Source: an uncultured bacterium (lineage in GTDB: Bacteria > Verrucomicrobiota > Verrucomicrobiia > Limisphaerales > UBA8199). From it: a DNA stretch of 64,000 nucleotides. Shown here piece after piece: positions 10,677-20,972 of this stretch (position 1 is the first letter of the stretch; every line of letters starts with the position of its first letter). The stretch covers positions 32,001 through 96,000 of the forward strand of contig CAVVMW010000018.1 in assembly GCA_963749495.1 (NCBI GenBank). Reading direction: 5' to 3'. The notes beneath the pieces are model-generated. The model saw only the letters and a program-made list of their open reading frames with translations, did not search any database and had not been told where the DNA came from. The translations under genes were made by a program, and so were the position numbers.

Positions 10677-11888
10677 TCAGTGAGTTGCTGCTGAGGCGTA
10701 AATCAACCCGCCGCCGCGCGGAATATTTATCCGGACAGTGGCGGCGCTGGACGCCAATGTGCCCGAATCATTGTAGCCGGTTGCACTGACCGGCCACCCA
10801 CTGACTGGCTTGACGCTCACGGTGATGAGAGTGTGCACCGGCAGATTCGCGCAACTCACGGTAATGGGAATGGGATCATTTTGCTGCGCGGACAGAATGG
10901 CATCGGGAGTGACGAGTAATCCCGTAGGAGAAGGTGAGACGGGGACGCCGCCAATACTGGTAATGGTCAATTGCGCTGCTTGTCCCGCTGTCGGAAGGAT
11001 GATTGGCTGAAAACCCTCGGAGAGAATGCCGCTAATCCCACCAGCGAAAGTGTCCTGAAACGCGTCAACCCTCACGCGGCCTGCCCCGCCTGCGGCAGGA
11101 CCACCGCCGCCAGTTGCCCTTATCATGCCGGCTCCGCCGAGGCTCGATGTGACCAGTCTTATCGCCCCACCACTCCCGCCCCCGCCGCTGTAGTAGAAAC
11201 CGTCACCGCCGCTGTAGACAGCGGCCGAACCGCCAAGAGCGTTGATCTGTCCGTTCAACCGGATCCCGTTCGACGTGGCGATCAGAATCCCGCCGCCGCC
11301 GCCCCCGCCGCCGTAGCCACTGCACCCACCCCCTCCGGAGCCGCCGATCAGAGGGAGTAAAAAGGAGTTTCCATAAACTTGGCCGGCGAGGCCTCCGCCA
11401 TTGCCATTCCCGCCTTGAGACCCAAACGACCCGCCTCCAGCAACACCCCAGTTTTGACTCGTGCTCAGACCACCACCTCCTGGGCCCTGACCCGACCTAG
11501 GAGGACTGCCGCCACCGCCTCCAGCCCAGCCGCCGGGTCCCCCAGAACCACCGTTGGGCCCGCTGGCGTTTTGTCCACATACATCAACTGTCCCGTTGAT
11601 GACGACGTTACCTTGCACGAGCCAGAAGACCGGCGTGTTATTGGCGTTCGGGATAAACGTCACGGTAACGTTGGTGGGGATATTGACGGACGTGTATTGG
11701 TAGATACCATTCGGGTGGTCCGCCATGTTGATAACTCTGTTTGCTGTTGGGCTAAGGGCCAAGTCGCTGCCATCACTGCCAGTGTTAACCTGCGCCAAGC
11801 AGGCGATTGGGAGCAACAGGAGGACGAATAGACAGAGGAAATGCCTGCTCACGATCCGACCGGCCAACTGATCAATTTGGTTTTTCAT
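10677..11888 (-). CDS. Secreted glycine-rich hypothetical protein
   Basis: Signal peptide, GSDGSDLAL N-terminus, repeated GGSGGGG/GGGSGGAIRL motifs; 9 bp upstream of the next gene. Confidence 0.78.
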   Translation of the reverse strand: MKNQIDQLAGRIVSRHFLCLFVLLLLPIACLAQVNTGSDGSDLALSPTANRVINMADHPNGIYQYTSVNIPTNVTVTFIPNANNTPVFWLVQGNVVINGTVDVCGQNASGPNGGSGGPGGWAGGGGGSPPRSGQGPGGGGLSTSQNWGVAGGGSFGSQGGNGNGGGLAGQVYGNSFLLPLIGGSGGGGCSGYGGGGGGGGILIATSNGIRLNGQINALGGSAAVYSGGDGFYYSGGGGSGGAIRLVTSSLGGAGMIRATGGGGPAAGGAGRVRVDAFQDTFAGGISGILSEGFQPIILPTAGQAAQLTITSIGGVPVSPSPTGLLVTPDAILSAQQNDPIPITVSCANLPVHTLITVSVKPVSGWPVSATGYNDSGTLASSAATVRINIPRGGGLIYASAATH

Positions 11889-12310
11889 AATCGTTCTTTC
11901 TTTCGGCCTATGCGCAGCGGGGGGCGAAATCCTGCGCGGGACGGGCTGGAAGCGGGGATGAAAGTGCTCGCGAGGGCCTGCATGTCACCGTGGTTGCGCG
12001 GTGGCTCAGGTCTCCAGCGTGCCAGTTGGAATGGCGCATTCGCACAACGTTTCCTCTTGAGCAGTTCCAATTGGGGCGCAGATGTGCTGGGGTGTCAAGA
12101 GCATTTTCGCTTATTTTTCAACATTCAGGCGGTCCGATCCGCCGGGACGTTCGCCCGGAGGCCAGGGGCCCCTATTAAGGTAAAGAGGAAACGGCAAGCC
12201 GAGGTTGCAAGGATTCTTCGTGGTCAGCCGGCGCTGCAGGCGCATCTGGACAGCGCCCCCAGCAAAGGCTGCCGACTGCGGGAGCGGAGCCAGCCTTGGC
12301 GTTGGCACGC

Positions 12311-12491
12311 TGGCGGGCCGCCGCCCTGGGTCCAGCACGCATTCTCTATTGCAGGCCAACGGCCTGCGTCATAAAGCCCGGAGAATGAATCGCGCTTTCA
12401 GCGCTCCGGATGATTATTGGCGGCTGTTCCCAGGGCGAGGCCCTTGGCTGGTATGAGCGACGCCTTTGGCGTCCAGACCACGCACCGCCGG
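12311..12491. repeat. REP-like element, family C; intact (empty-site) homolog of the element split at 43378/46701
   Basis: Its reverse complement aligns to 43241-43378 and then 46701-46748; contains GCAGGCC-AAC-GGCCTGC at 12351-12367. Confidence 0.88.
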
Positions 12492-12589
12492 CTCCCTCAA
12501 GCACCTGAAGAAATCCGTCGGGCGCCCGGGCCGCCAAGCCGCCCGTGATTTGCCTTGCCTCCAGGGTGAGTCTGTCGTAAGCTACGAAT

Positions 12590-13291
12590 ATGGCGACAGC
12601 CGCCGCACCAACCATTGAACCCGCCGCTCCGGCCGCCAAGGCCGCGGAGCCGTTGCTGGAGGCCGGGGATCGGCTCTCACGCGATGAATTCGAGCGCCGC
12701 TACGAGCGCATGCCGCATGTCAAGAAAGCCGAGCTCATCGAAGGAACCGTCTATATGCCCTCGCCTGTCCGTGTCCGCAGACACGCCAAACCACACTGCC
12801 AACTCGCTGCCTGGGTTGCAGGGTATGCCGCTGAAACTCCCGGCGTCGAGTGCGCCGACAACTCGACCGTGCGCTTGGATCTGGACAACGAACCGCAGCC
12901 CGATCTGGTGTTGTTCAAGCTGCCCGCCAGGGGCGGGCAAGCGCGGATCTCGGCAGATGACTACCTCGAAGGAGCGCCCGAACTGGCCGTCGAGATCGTC
13001 GGCAGTTCGCGCTCTTACGACCTGTACCAAAAGAAAGGCGCCTACCGCCGAAACGGAGTGCGCGAGTACGTCGCCTGGATTACAGGCGAACAGCGCCTGG
13101 TCTGGTGGGAATTGAGGGAGGGAGAGTATCAGGAGATTGCCGCAGCGGCCGGCGGCCTGCTCAAGAGCGGCGTGTTTCCCGGTCTGTGGCTCGACGCCGA
13201 GGCCCTGCTGCGCGGCGAAATGAAGACGGTCCTGGCGGCCTTGCGGCGCGGACTGGACAGCCCCGAGCACCGCGCCTTCCTGGCCGGGTGA
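12590..13291 (+). CDS. Uma2 family endonuclease (copy 2)
   Basis: 32 aa differences in 233 versus 6496-7197 by manual count; shares ~55 bp of upstream sequence. Confidence 0.92.
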   Translation: MATAAAPTIEPAAPAAKAAEPLLEAGDRLSRDEFERRYERMPHVKKAELIEGTVYMPSPVRVRRHAKPHCQLAAWVAGYAAETPGVECADNSTVRLDLDNEPQPDLVLFKLPARGGQARISADDYLEGAPELAVEIVGSSRSYDLYQKKGAYRRNGVREYVAWITGEQRLVWWELREGEYQEIAAAAGGLLKSGVFPGLWLDAEALLRGEMKTVLAALRRGLDSPEHRAFLAG

Positions 13292-13320
13292 GCGCGCGCC
13301 CCCGCGATTCCAGATTCTCT

Positions 13321-13463
13321 CCATGAACCACCGCTCTCCGCAAGGTTTCGGAGTGCGGCAGTCCTCTGCCGCTTTTCGATCCTTTGGCTGGCGGCACGAA
13401 AGCGGCAGAGGACTGCCGCAGTCCAAAACGCAAGCGCGGCAAGCATGCCAGCCCGGTTCATGG
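13321..13463. repeat. REP family A copy with outer CCATGAACC/GGTTCATGG inverted termini
   Basis: Core hairpin 13345-13430 bracketed by 9-bp inverted termini. Confidence 0.88.
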
Positions 13464-13499
13464 TCCCAATGCACCATTCCGAAATCGTGAAGGCTCCCC

Positions 13500-14194
13500 A
13501 TGTTCAAACCAGCGGATCTGTTTGATTTGAGCCGGACCGAGCACGCGGCGATTTTCGACGGGTGCGAGTATGCCTGGGACGCGCTCAAGCAGATAGGCCC
13601 CTACCTGCAGGCGCACCTTCGGCCCGGCCTGCACAACCGTTGCGAGGGCGTGGCCTACGTCGGCGAACGAGTGTTTATCGGCGAGGGGACCGTCCTCGAG
13701 GACGGGGTGATGATCAAAGGCCCGGCGATCATCGGCCGGAACTGCCAGATTCGGCACAACGCTTACATTCGCGAGCAGGTGATCATCGGCGACCACTGCA
13801 CCGTCGGCAACTCGTGCGAGTTGAAGAACGCGCTCCTGTTCAACGACGCCATGGCGCCGCACTTCAATTACGTCGGCGACTCCATCCTCGGCTGGAAGGC
13901 GCACCTGGGGGCGGGCGCGAAATCTCCAACCTGAAAGTGGTCCCCGGCAATATCACGGTGCAAATCGAGGGCCGGCCATTCGACACGGGCCTGCGCAAAT
14001 TCGGGGCCCTCCTGGGCGACCAGAGCGAGGTGGGCTGCAACGCCGTGCTCAACCCGGGCAGCATTGTCGGGCGTTGCGCCATCATTTACCCGAACACGAA
14101 TTGGCGCGGCTTTCTGCCCGCCAACGCGATCGCCAAGAATAAGGCAGTTGTCGAAGTGGTGACACGCACTGAAAGGCTAAAGGCTGAAGGCTAA
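13500..14194 (+). CDS. GlmU-like hexapeptide-repeat (left-handed beta-helix) acyltransferase, frameshift near 13920
   Basis: [37 protein letters not shown]; then [25 protein letters not shown]. Confidence 0.85.
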
Positions 14195-14344
14195 AGGCTA
14201 AAGTAGAAGAGCGTTGGTGGCCGGAAGCGAAGTGAAGGCGGGAAGGCTTTGGACGCCGTTCCTAACAGGTCGGCAAGCACGGTATTCCCCCGGCTCTCTT
14301 TAGCCTTTAGCCTTTAGCCTTTAGCCTTTAGCCTTTAGCCTTTA
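14172..14344. repeat. Inverted heptamer arrays (AAAGGCT)n 14172-14203 and (CTTTAGC)6 14298-14344
   Basis: Tandem 7-mers in opposite orientation around a ~95-bp spacer. Confidence 0.9.
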
Positions 14345-14349
14345 ATCTG

Positions 14350-16523
14350 ATGATCAGCGTTATTGACAGCCAGCCTGCCGGCGCTGGCCAGGAGTTGGCC
14401 AGACAGGTCGAGGCGATCTTTTCGCCTGGCGGCATTTTGTCGCGCTCGCCCAACTTCGAGTATCGTCCCCAGCAGCAGCAGATGGCGGTCGCGGTGGCGC
14501 GGGCGCTGGAGCAGCGGGGACACTTGGCAGTCGAGGCCGGCACGGGCGTGGGCAAGAGCATGGCCTACCTGGTGCCGGCCATCCTGTTTGCCCGGGCCAA
14601 CAAGAAGCGGGCGGTCATCTCCACGCACACAATCAACCTCCAGGAGCAGCTCTTCGGCAAGGACCTGCCGGTGCTCCAGCGGGCGCTCAGGGAGCTGGAC
14701 GTGGATTTCAGTTTCACGATGCTCAAGGGCCGGGCCAATTACCTGTGTACGCGCCGCCTGCAACGGGCGATGCAGCAATCGGGCAGTCTCTTCACCTCGC
14801 CCGAGGCGGAGGAACTCCAGCGGATCTATGAATGGTCCAAGACCACTGCTGACGGCAGCCTGTCTGACTTCGACGTCGAGCCGGACCCGAAGGTCTGGGC
14901 CCAGGTCTGCTCCGAGCGCGGCCTCTGCTCGCCCAAGACCTGCGGCCACCAGTCCGATTTCGCCAAGTCCCACGACGTGTGCTTCTTCCAGCGGGCGCGC
15001 CAGCGCATCCTTGCCTCGGATGTCCTGGTGCTCAACCACACGCTGTTCTTCACGCTGCTGGGCAGCCTCGAGGAGAAGCCCCAGGGCGGCGTCCTGTTCC
15101 GTAACGACTTCCTGGTCTTTGACGAGGCGCACCAGATGGAGCGCGTGGCCTCCAAGCACATCGGGCTGAGCCTCTCCAGCGGGCAGGTCCGCTACGCCTT
15201 GCAGCGGCTGTGGAACCCGCGCACCGAGAAGGGCCTGCTGGCCACCCTGCGCCAGGGGGCGGCGGTCAAACTCGTGGCCGACCTCCTCGCCCAGGCCGAC
15301 CAGTTCTTCAACAACGTCGAGGCGGCCTGTGAAGAAATCCAGCAATCCTCACGGAAACGGAGCTTTGGCGGGGGCGAACGGGAACTGCGGCGGCGCGACT
15401 GGACCGAACTGCGGATTCGCAAGCCCGACCTGGTCCACGACAACGTCACCCTGCCCATCCAGCGCCTGCGCGAGGCGGTCAGCGACTCGATCAAGATGAG
15501 CGACGACAAGGAGATGGGGTCGGAACTCATGGAGTGCAACCGGCGCCTGGGCAACCTGCGCGAGGAGGTGGCCATGTTCCTGAGCCAAAGCGCCGAGGGC
15601 CATGTCTATTGGGTCGAGCGCAGCGGGCGGGGCCAGAGGCTGCTCGCGCTCAATGCCGCCCCGATCGACGTGGCCGAGGTACTTGCGCCGGCGGCTCTTC
15701 GGCAGCCAGACCTCGGTCATCATGACCAGCGCCACGCTGGCGACCAAGGCGGAGCCTGCGCCGGGGCAAACGCCCCGGGCTGCCCCAGGCGCCGGCGGCC
15801 CGTCCGCCGGAAAACCGCGGCCGCCGGGCAAGCGGGAGGCCGGGGCGTCCCCCCTGCTCTATTTTGCCCGGCGCATCGGCGCCGAGGCCGCGACCATGCT
15901 CCAGGCAGGCACCCCATTCGATTACCAGCGCCAGATGAAACTCTATGTCGCGGGAAAAATGCCCGACCCCCGCGACGAGGGATACCGGGACGCGCTCATC
16001 CACTGGATCGGCCATTTCATCCGGCTCACCCACGGCAAGGCCTTCGTCCTGTTCACCAACTTCAAGCTCATGCTCGAGGTGGGCGAACTGATGGAGCCGT
16101 TCTTCGACGGCCTGGGCATCGCCTGCTTCGTCCAGGGCACCGGCACGCCCCGCTCGCTCATGCTCGAAAAATTCAAGGACGACATCAATTCCGTCCTCTT
16201 CGGCGCCGACAGCTTTTGGCAAGGCGTGGACGTGCCCGGCGAGGCCCTCTCCAACGTCATCATCACGCGCCTGCCCTTTGCCGTGCCCGACCATCCCCTC
16301 ATCGAGGCCCGCCTCGAGGCCATCGAGGCCCGCGGCGGCGATTCCTTCCGCGAGTTCTCCCTCCCCGAGGCCATCCTCAAATTCCGCCAGGGCGTCGGGC
16401 GGCTCATCCGCACCAGGACCGACACCGGCATCGTTGTCGGTACTGGACAATCGTGTGCTGACCAAGCAATACGGCCAGGCCTTCATCAACGCCCTGCCCA
16501 AGTGCCCGCTCGAGGTCGTGTAG
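14350..16523 (+). CDS. dinG: DinG/YoaA family ATP-dependent helicase, frameshifts near 15680 and 16440
   Basis: EYRPQQ, VEAGTGVGKS, STHTINLQEQL, KGRANYLC, FDEAH, TSATL, FWQGVDVPG, QGVGRLIR, LDNRV. Confidence 0.92.
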
Positions 16524-16529
16524 TCCGCA

Positions 16530-16575
16530 GACTGTGGACTGTGGACCGTGGACTGTGGACTGTGGACCGTGGACT
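16530..16575. repeat. Heptamer tandem repeat (GACYGTG)6.5
   Basis: Fills the gap between the convergent dinG and dusB stops. Confidence 0.9.
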
Positions 16576-16577
16576 CC

Positions 16578-17702
16578 TCACCACAATTCCACGGGCCCCC
16601 TGGGCACAGGAACACCCTGCCCCGCGGTGCCGGCCTCGTCATTCCGCACTCCGCATTCCGCACTCCGCACTTCCTCCAGCGGCGGGGGGCGGAACCGCGG
16701 TTTGAGTTCGCCGCGCTCATCCAGAAACTGCTGCCGCCATTTCACGTAGTCCGCCAGCACGACCTCGAACTGCGCCCGCGTGGCAACAAGGACCACGTTC
16801 CTGTTGAACTGGTTGGCCGGGCCGAAACGCCGCGCGTGCCACGGCGCAGCTTTGCGGAACATGCGGCATCCGTGCGCCTCGCCGAAGACCTCAATCATCA
16901 GGTCCAGGTGCCGGCGCATCACCCGCAACCGCTCCTCGAAGGGCGGCTCGGGCAGCACCTCCCCGGTCCGGAGGTAGTGCTGCGTGTGCGCGAAGATCCA
17001 CGGGTTGTAAAACGCCCCGCGCCCGATGCTCACCCCCGCGCAGCCGGTCTGCTCGACCATCATCCGAGCCGCCTGCGGCGTGGTCACGTCCCCGTTGCCG
17101 ATGACCGGGATTGTCTTCACCGCCTCGACCACAGCCCGGATGCCCCCGAGGTTGACCGTGCCGCCAAACCCCTGCTGGCGCGTCCGGCCGTGGACGAAGA
17201 CCGCCGCCGCACCCGCTCCCTCCAGCGCGCGGGCCAACTCCGGGGCCGTGAGGTTCTCCTCGTCCCACCCCAGCCGCATCTTGGCCGTGACCGGTATTTT
17301 GACCGCCTCGACCATTCCCCGGACCAGCCCGGCCGTCTTGGCCAGCTCCGTCATCATGGCCGAGCCGCCCCCGACCCGGCACACCTTGCGCACCGGGCAA
17401 CCCATGTTGACGTCCACCGAGGCGGCCCCCAGAGACTCGAGCAGCGCCGCCGCGTCCCGCATCTCCTCGGGCACGCCGCCGAACAACTGGACCGCCAGGG
17501 GCCGGTCCGCGGGCCGGGTCTCGATCAGCTTGAGGGCCTTGGACTTTTTCTCCAGGAGCGAGCGGGCGTTGACCAGGTCCGTCGTGGCCATGCCCACCCC
17601 GCCCACCTCCCGCACCACCAGCCGGAACGGCAGGTTGGTGTAACCCGCCAACGGCGAGAGAAACAGGTTGGAGGACAATGTCAGCGAACCGATCCGCATC
17701 AT
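16578..17702 (-). CDS. dusB: tRNA-dihydrouridine synthase B
   Basis: LSPLAGYT, VQLFG, DVNMGCP, GGSAMM, PVTAKMRLGWD, VHGRTR, PVIGNGDV, GRGA..NPWIF. Confidence 0.93.
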   Translation of the reverse strand: MMRIGSLTLSSNLFLSPLAGYTNLPFRLVVREVGGVGMATTDLVNARSLLEKKSKALKLIETRPADRPLAVQLFGGVPEEMRDAAALLESLGAASVDVNMGCPVRKVCRVGGGSAMMTELAKTAGLVRGMVEAVKIPVTAKMRLGWDEENLTAPELARALEGAGAAAVFVHGRTRQQGFGGTVNLGGIRAVVEAVKTIPVIGNGDVTTPQAARMMVEQTGCAGVSIGRGAFYNPWIFAHTQHYLRTGEVLPEPPFEERLRVMRRHLDLMIEVFGEAHGCRMFRKAAPWHARRFGPANQFNRNVVLVATRAQFEVVLADYVKWRQQFLDERGELKPRFRPPPLEEVRSAECGVRNDEAGTAGQGVPVPRGPVELW

Positions 17703-17867
17703 GCTTCTGGAGTTTGGTGATGAGCGCCGTGCAACAGCAGAGAAAAATTACCAAATCAAATGAGCATCTGCAAACCGACTTTGCCGGGCAGGGGCCGCGG
17801 GGGTGTGAGACAGGATTCTTCTCGGACCTCCAGATCGCAACTCTCAGAGCCGATCTGGGTCTTCGAT

Positions 17868-17956
17868 CCTTCGTTTCCTTCGTTTCCTTCTGTTCTTTTC
17901 CTGCATCCCGCCGGCTGGGCACGGGAACAGAACAGAAGGAAACGAAGCAAACGAAG
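17868..17956. repeat. Inverted 9-mer repeat hairpin (CCTTCGTTT)n / (AAACGAAG)n
   Basis: CTTCGTTTCCTTCTGTTC is paired with GAACAGAAGGAAACGAAG. Confidence 0.75.
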
Positions 17957-18259
17957 AGGTGGCCTGATGCGGGGGCATCAACCGGGTCCGTGCCAGTTCG
18001 TATCTGGATTCCTGGATACTCTTCGTGACCAAAGCCTGGCAAAACCATTTTGTGAAGATTCTTGTCCTGCGCCGGGGCCGCGGAGGGCCTGTCGGCACTG
18101 CCCCTGCCGGACGGGGCGCGGTGGGAGCGCGCCCCTCCTTGGGCGCGCTCAGGGGGCAGTGCCGAGAGCCCCCCCAAGGGCCGAAGGCCCGTCATGTCAT
18201 AGCCCGGGCTGAAGTAGAGCGGAGGCCCGGCCTGCAGGCGCGTGGAACGGCGCCCCGCC

Positions 18260-18505
18260 TCATGGGCGTCTCCGTCTGCAAATCCGCTCTGCTTGTGCGA
18301 CCAGATCGGCCAACGAGACGCCCAGAGCATCGGCGATGGCTTTGGCCACGTTGATGCTGGGATTGCGGAGCGACCGCTCGATCAACCCGACGTGGGTGGG
18401 GTGAATGTCGGCTTTCTCGGCCAGCTTCTCCTGCGACATGCCCAAGGCCTTGCGGCGCTCTTTGAGCACGGCGGCGAACGCCCGGGACATTTCCATCTTG
18501 CGCAT
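18260..18505 (-). CDS. XRE-family HTH regulator (controller/C-protein-like)
   Basis: LKERRKALGMSQEKLAEKADIHPTHVGLIERSLRNPSI..IADALGVSL. Confidence 0.9.
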   Translation of the reverse strand: MRKMEMSRAFAAVLKERRKALGMSQEKLAEKADIHPTHVGLIERSLRNPSINVAKAIADALGVSLADLVAQAERICRRRRP

Positions 18506-18541
18506 GCCGGCGATTCTGCCGCGATGGGCACTCCCGACCAC

Positions 18542-18593
18542 AGACAATAGTCTCGAATAAAATGTTGACATTGGCAAAAGGGTCTGGAAAAAT
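18542..18593. promoter_or_regulatory. C-box-like palindrome and putative sigma70 promoter between the XRE and MTase genes
   Basis: AGAC-AATA-GTCT at 18542-18553; TTGACA at 18565-18570 inside the palindrome AATGT-TG-ACATT. Confidence 0.45.
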
Positions 18594-18675
18594 GCGCTGT
18601 GAACCGCAAACGGAAGTCAGAATGACCCGGTTAGGCGGCGAGGACTCGCTCGGAACGGTCCCCTGCTGAAGCCGC

Positions 18676-19395
18676 TTGACGAAGCCGGTCATCTGGCGTC
18701 CGATTACGGAAAACGTGGTGATGGACAGAGCGCTCAAACCGAAGAAGACGAGCCGGGTTGCCAGCGGCGTGGCAACCAACGAACTCGTTTTTTCCGCGCA
18801 CATCGGGACAAATGACGAAGTGTTCCCGGAGGTGGCAAAACTCTATATTCCCGCCGGGTCCTCGGTTGCCGATGTCACCTACGGGCGCGGGGTCTTCTGG
18901 AAGGGCCTCGATGTTTCGCAATTCGATTTCCATCCAACGGATTTGAACGAGGGCATTGACTCCCGGGCGTTGCCCTACAAAGTGCGGTCTTTCGACGTGG
19001 TGGTCTTTGACCCCCCGTACATGCACACGCCGGGGGGCACGGCGCACAACGGGCACCAGAACTTCGAGCAGTACTACCAGAACAATTCGGCCGCGAGTCC
19101 GGGCAAAAAGTACCACGAAGCGGTTTTAGACCTCTATTTCAGGTCCGCCCGCGAGGCCTACCGCGTTTTGAGAGAGGAGGGAATCTACATCGTGAAATGC
19201 CAGGATGAAGTTTGCGCGAACCAGCAACGCCTCACGCACGTCGAGATCATCAACGAACTGGCCGAAATCGGGTTCCTGGCGGAAGACCTTTTTGTCGTGG
19301 TGCGGCGCAACAAGCCCGGAGTGAGCCGGATTCTGAAGCAACTCCACGCCCCGGAAGAATCATTCTTATTTCCTGGTCTTCAGGAAGTCGTCTAA
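18676..19395 (+). CDS. Orphan amino-DNA methyltransferase (DPPY); start uncertain (18676 or 18721); probable frameshift near 19350
   Basis: [12 protein letters not shown] (SAM-binding), [15 protein letters not shown]...G..IVKCQDE. The shifted frame gives [14 protein letters not shown]. Confidence 0.85.
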   Translation: MTKPVIWRPITENVVMDRALKPKKTSRVASGVATNELVFSAHIGTNDEVFPEVAKLYIPAGSSVADVTYGRGVFWKGLDVSQFDFHPTDLNEGIDSRALPYKVRSFDVVVFDPPYMHTPGGTAHNGHQNFEQYYQNNSAASPGKKYHEAVLDLYFRSAREAYRVLREEGIYIVKCQDEVCANQQRLTHVEIINELAEIGFLAEDLFVVVRRNKPGVSRILKQLHAPEESFLFPGLQEVV

Positions 19396-19468
19396 GACAA
19401 GGTATCCGCTTCTAAGAAAAACTCGCCGAAAGGCCGCACGTGCAGCGGAGGAAAAACCTGATTCAGAA

Positions 19469-19786
19469 ATGACAATGAAACCATTCATTCCGCAGAAGTT
19501 GCGGCCCTGGATCGAGGCCCGCCGGAGATTTCACTTGAGCCATGCTCAAGTCCAAATGGCCAGGGAGTTGGGGATGAACCCCAAGAAGCTTGGCCACCTC
19601 AATAATCACAAGCAGGAACCCTGGAAACTGCCGCTGCCTCAGTTCATCCAGAGATGCTACTTGAAGCGATTCGGCAGACCCCAGCCCGAGGACTCGAGAC
19701 CCATCGAGGCCAAAATGGCCGAACGCGCTGCTAAAAAGGCGGCCAGCAGGGCCGCTCGCCAGCCGACGGTGGACTGTCCCTTTTAG
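19469..19786 (+). CDS. Small conserved hypothetical protein
   Basis: WIEARRRFHLSHAQVQMARELGMNPKKLG..NHKQEPWKLPLP.FI...Y.KRFG looks like a recurrent bacterial family of unknown function. Confidence 0.72.
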   Translation: MTMKPFIPQKLRPWIEARRRFHLSHAQVQMARELGMNPKKLGHLNNHKQEPWKLPLPQFIQRCYLKRFGRPQPEDSRPIEAKMAERAAKKAASRAARQPTVDCPF

Positions 19787-19788
19787 GC

Positions 19789-20771
19789 TCACCTCCCCGG
19801 CAGCTTTTGGCGCACCTGGCTGAGGAGGGCTTGGAGCTGCTGGCTGCCGGGATCGGCCTGGGCGGCGGCCTGGGCCACGGGGAGGGCATCCTGCCAGCGC
19901 TGTTGCCCGGCCAAGAGGCCGATATAGTTGAAGACGGCCTCCGGGTTGTAGGGGCAGATCTCAAGGGCGATGCGATAGGCCTGTTCGGCCTGGGCGCCGT
20001 ACTGGTGATCGGCCAGCAGGTTCGCCTGGGCCACCGCCATTTTCGAGTATGTCCTGCGCGCTGGGGAATCCGGCGCGGCCTCGGCATCCGAAGAGAGGTC
20101 CTGCGCGACGTTGCGCCAGTAATCGACGGCCTGGGCGGCGGTTTGCGCGGTGAGGGCGTCTTGCGGGTCCGAAGCGCGCAGCTCCATCAACGGACCCAGC
20201 AGGGAGGCGCCGGCGTAGGTGCTCTTGAGCGGAAACGATTCTTCCAGGGCGAAGGCGAGGTCGGGGTTCTTGTCCATGATCGCCTGCAGCAGCCGCTCGT
20301 TGATCGCCATGACCGCGACTTGGCCGGACACCAGAACCCCTCCCGTCGTAAGGTTCCACGAGAATTGAGTTCCTCCCAGCGCCCCGCTTCGACGGCATCG
20401 AAAAACTGCTCGACCTGGCCCGGCACGGAGATCCTCAATCGCTGCGCCATGGCGCGCGTGATCTTGCGCCGGCTCTGCGCGAACTGGCTGACTTTGCCGG
20501 CCACGATTTCCTCCGCCGTCAGGCCGGCCGGCGGCGTCGAAGACTGCCGCAGTGGGCGCCCGCCTCCGGTTGCGGAGGCGCCGCCTGCCCCGCTTGGGGC
20601 CGGTGCGTTCACGGACAGGGCGCTCTTCCCTGGAAGCTGCGCGCGGCGAGGCAGGAGGACCGCCAGGAAAATGACCAAGAGGCCGCCCAAACCTATCAGC
20701 CGCCACCAGCCGGGGCGGCGGCCGCAATCTCCTGCCAACTCGCGTGCAGGCTCTGGACCGGGCTTTTGCAC
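19789..20771 (-). pseudogene. Membrane-anchored protein with C-terminal TPR repeats, frame break near 20370
   Basis: N-terminal TM (LIGLGGLLVIFLAVLL) in one frame; SGQVAVMAIN..EESFPL and TPR (AEQAYRIALEICPYNPEA) in another. Confidence 0.6.
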
Positions 20772-20879
20772 AAATGAACAGGTTGCTGCTTTACTCTATG
20801 GACACCGGAGCCCGCACGATTTGTGTGGCGGTCCTCGCTCTTTTCATAGACCTAAATCGAACCACCCAACATTGGCAGA

Positions 20880-20965
20880 ACCCTTATCGCAGCCTTTGTC
20901 GGGTCCTTTGTCGAGAATTGGGGCCTTCGACAAAGGTCCCGACAAAGGCTGCGACGAAGGTCCAA
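20880..20965. repeat. Inverted 12-mer repeats (CCTTTGTCG.. / ..CGACAAAGG)
   Basis: CCTTTGTCGGGTCCTTTGTCGA faces TCGACAAAGGTCCCGACAAAGG. Confidence 0.75.
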
Positions 20966-20972
20966 AAACAGA

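Noticed and set aside
11890..12300. Possible riboswitch or ncRNA in the long intergenic region
   Set aside because: No complete conserved motif could be matched by eye; needs an Rfam covariance search.
6496..13291. Uma2 pair as a DGR template/variable repeat
   Set aside because: Differences are not adenine-restricted, both copies are full genes, and no reverse transcriptase is in the window.
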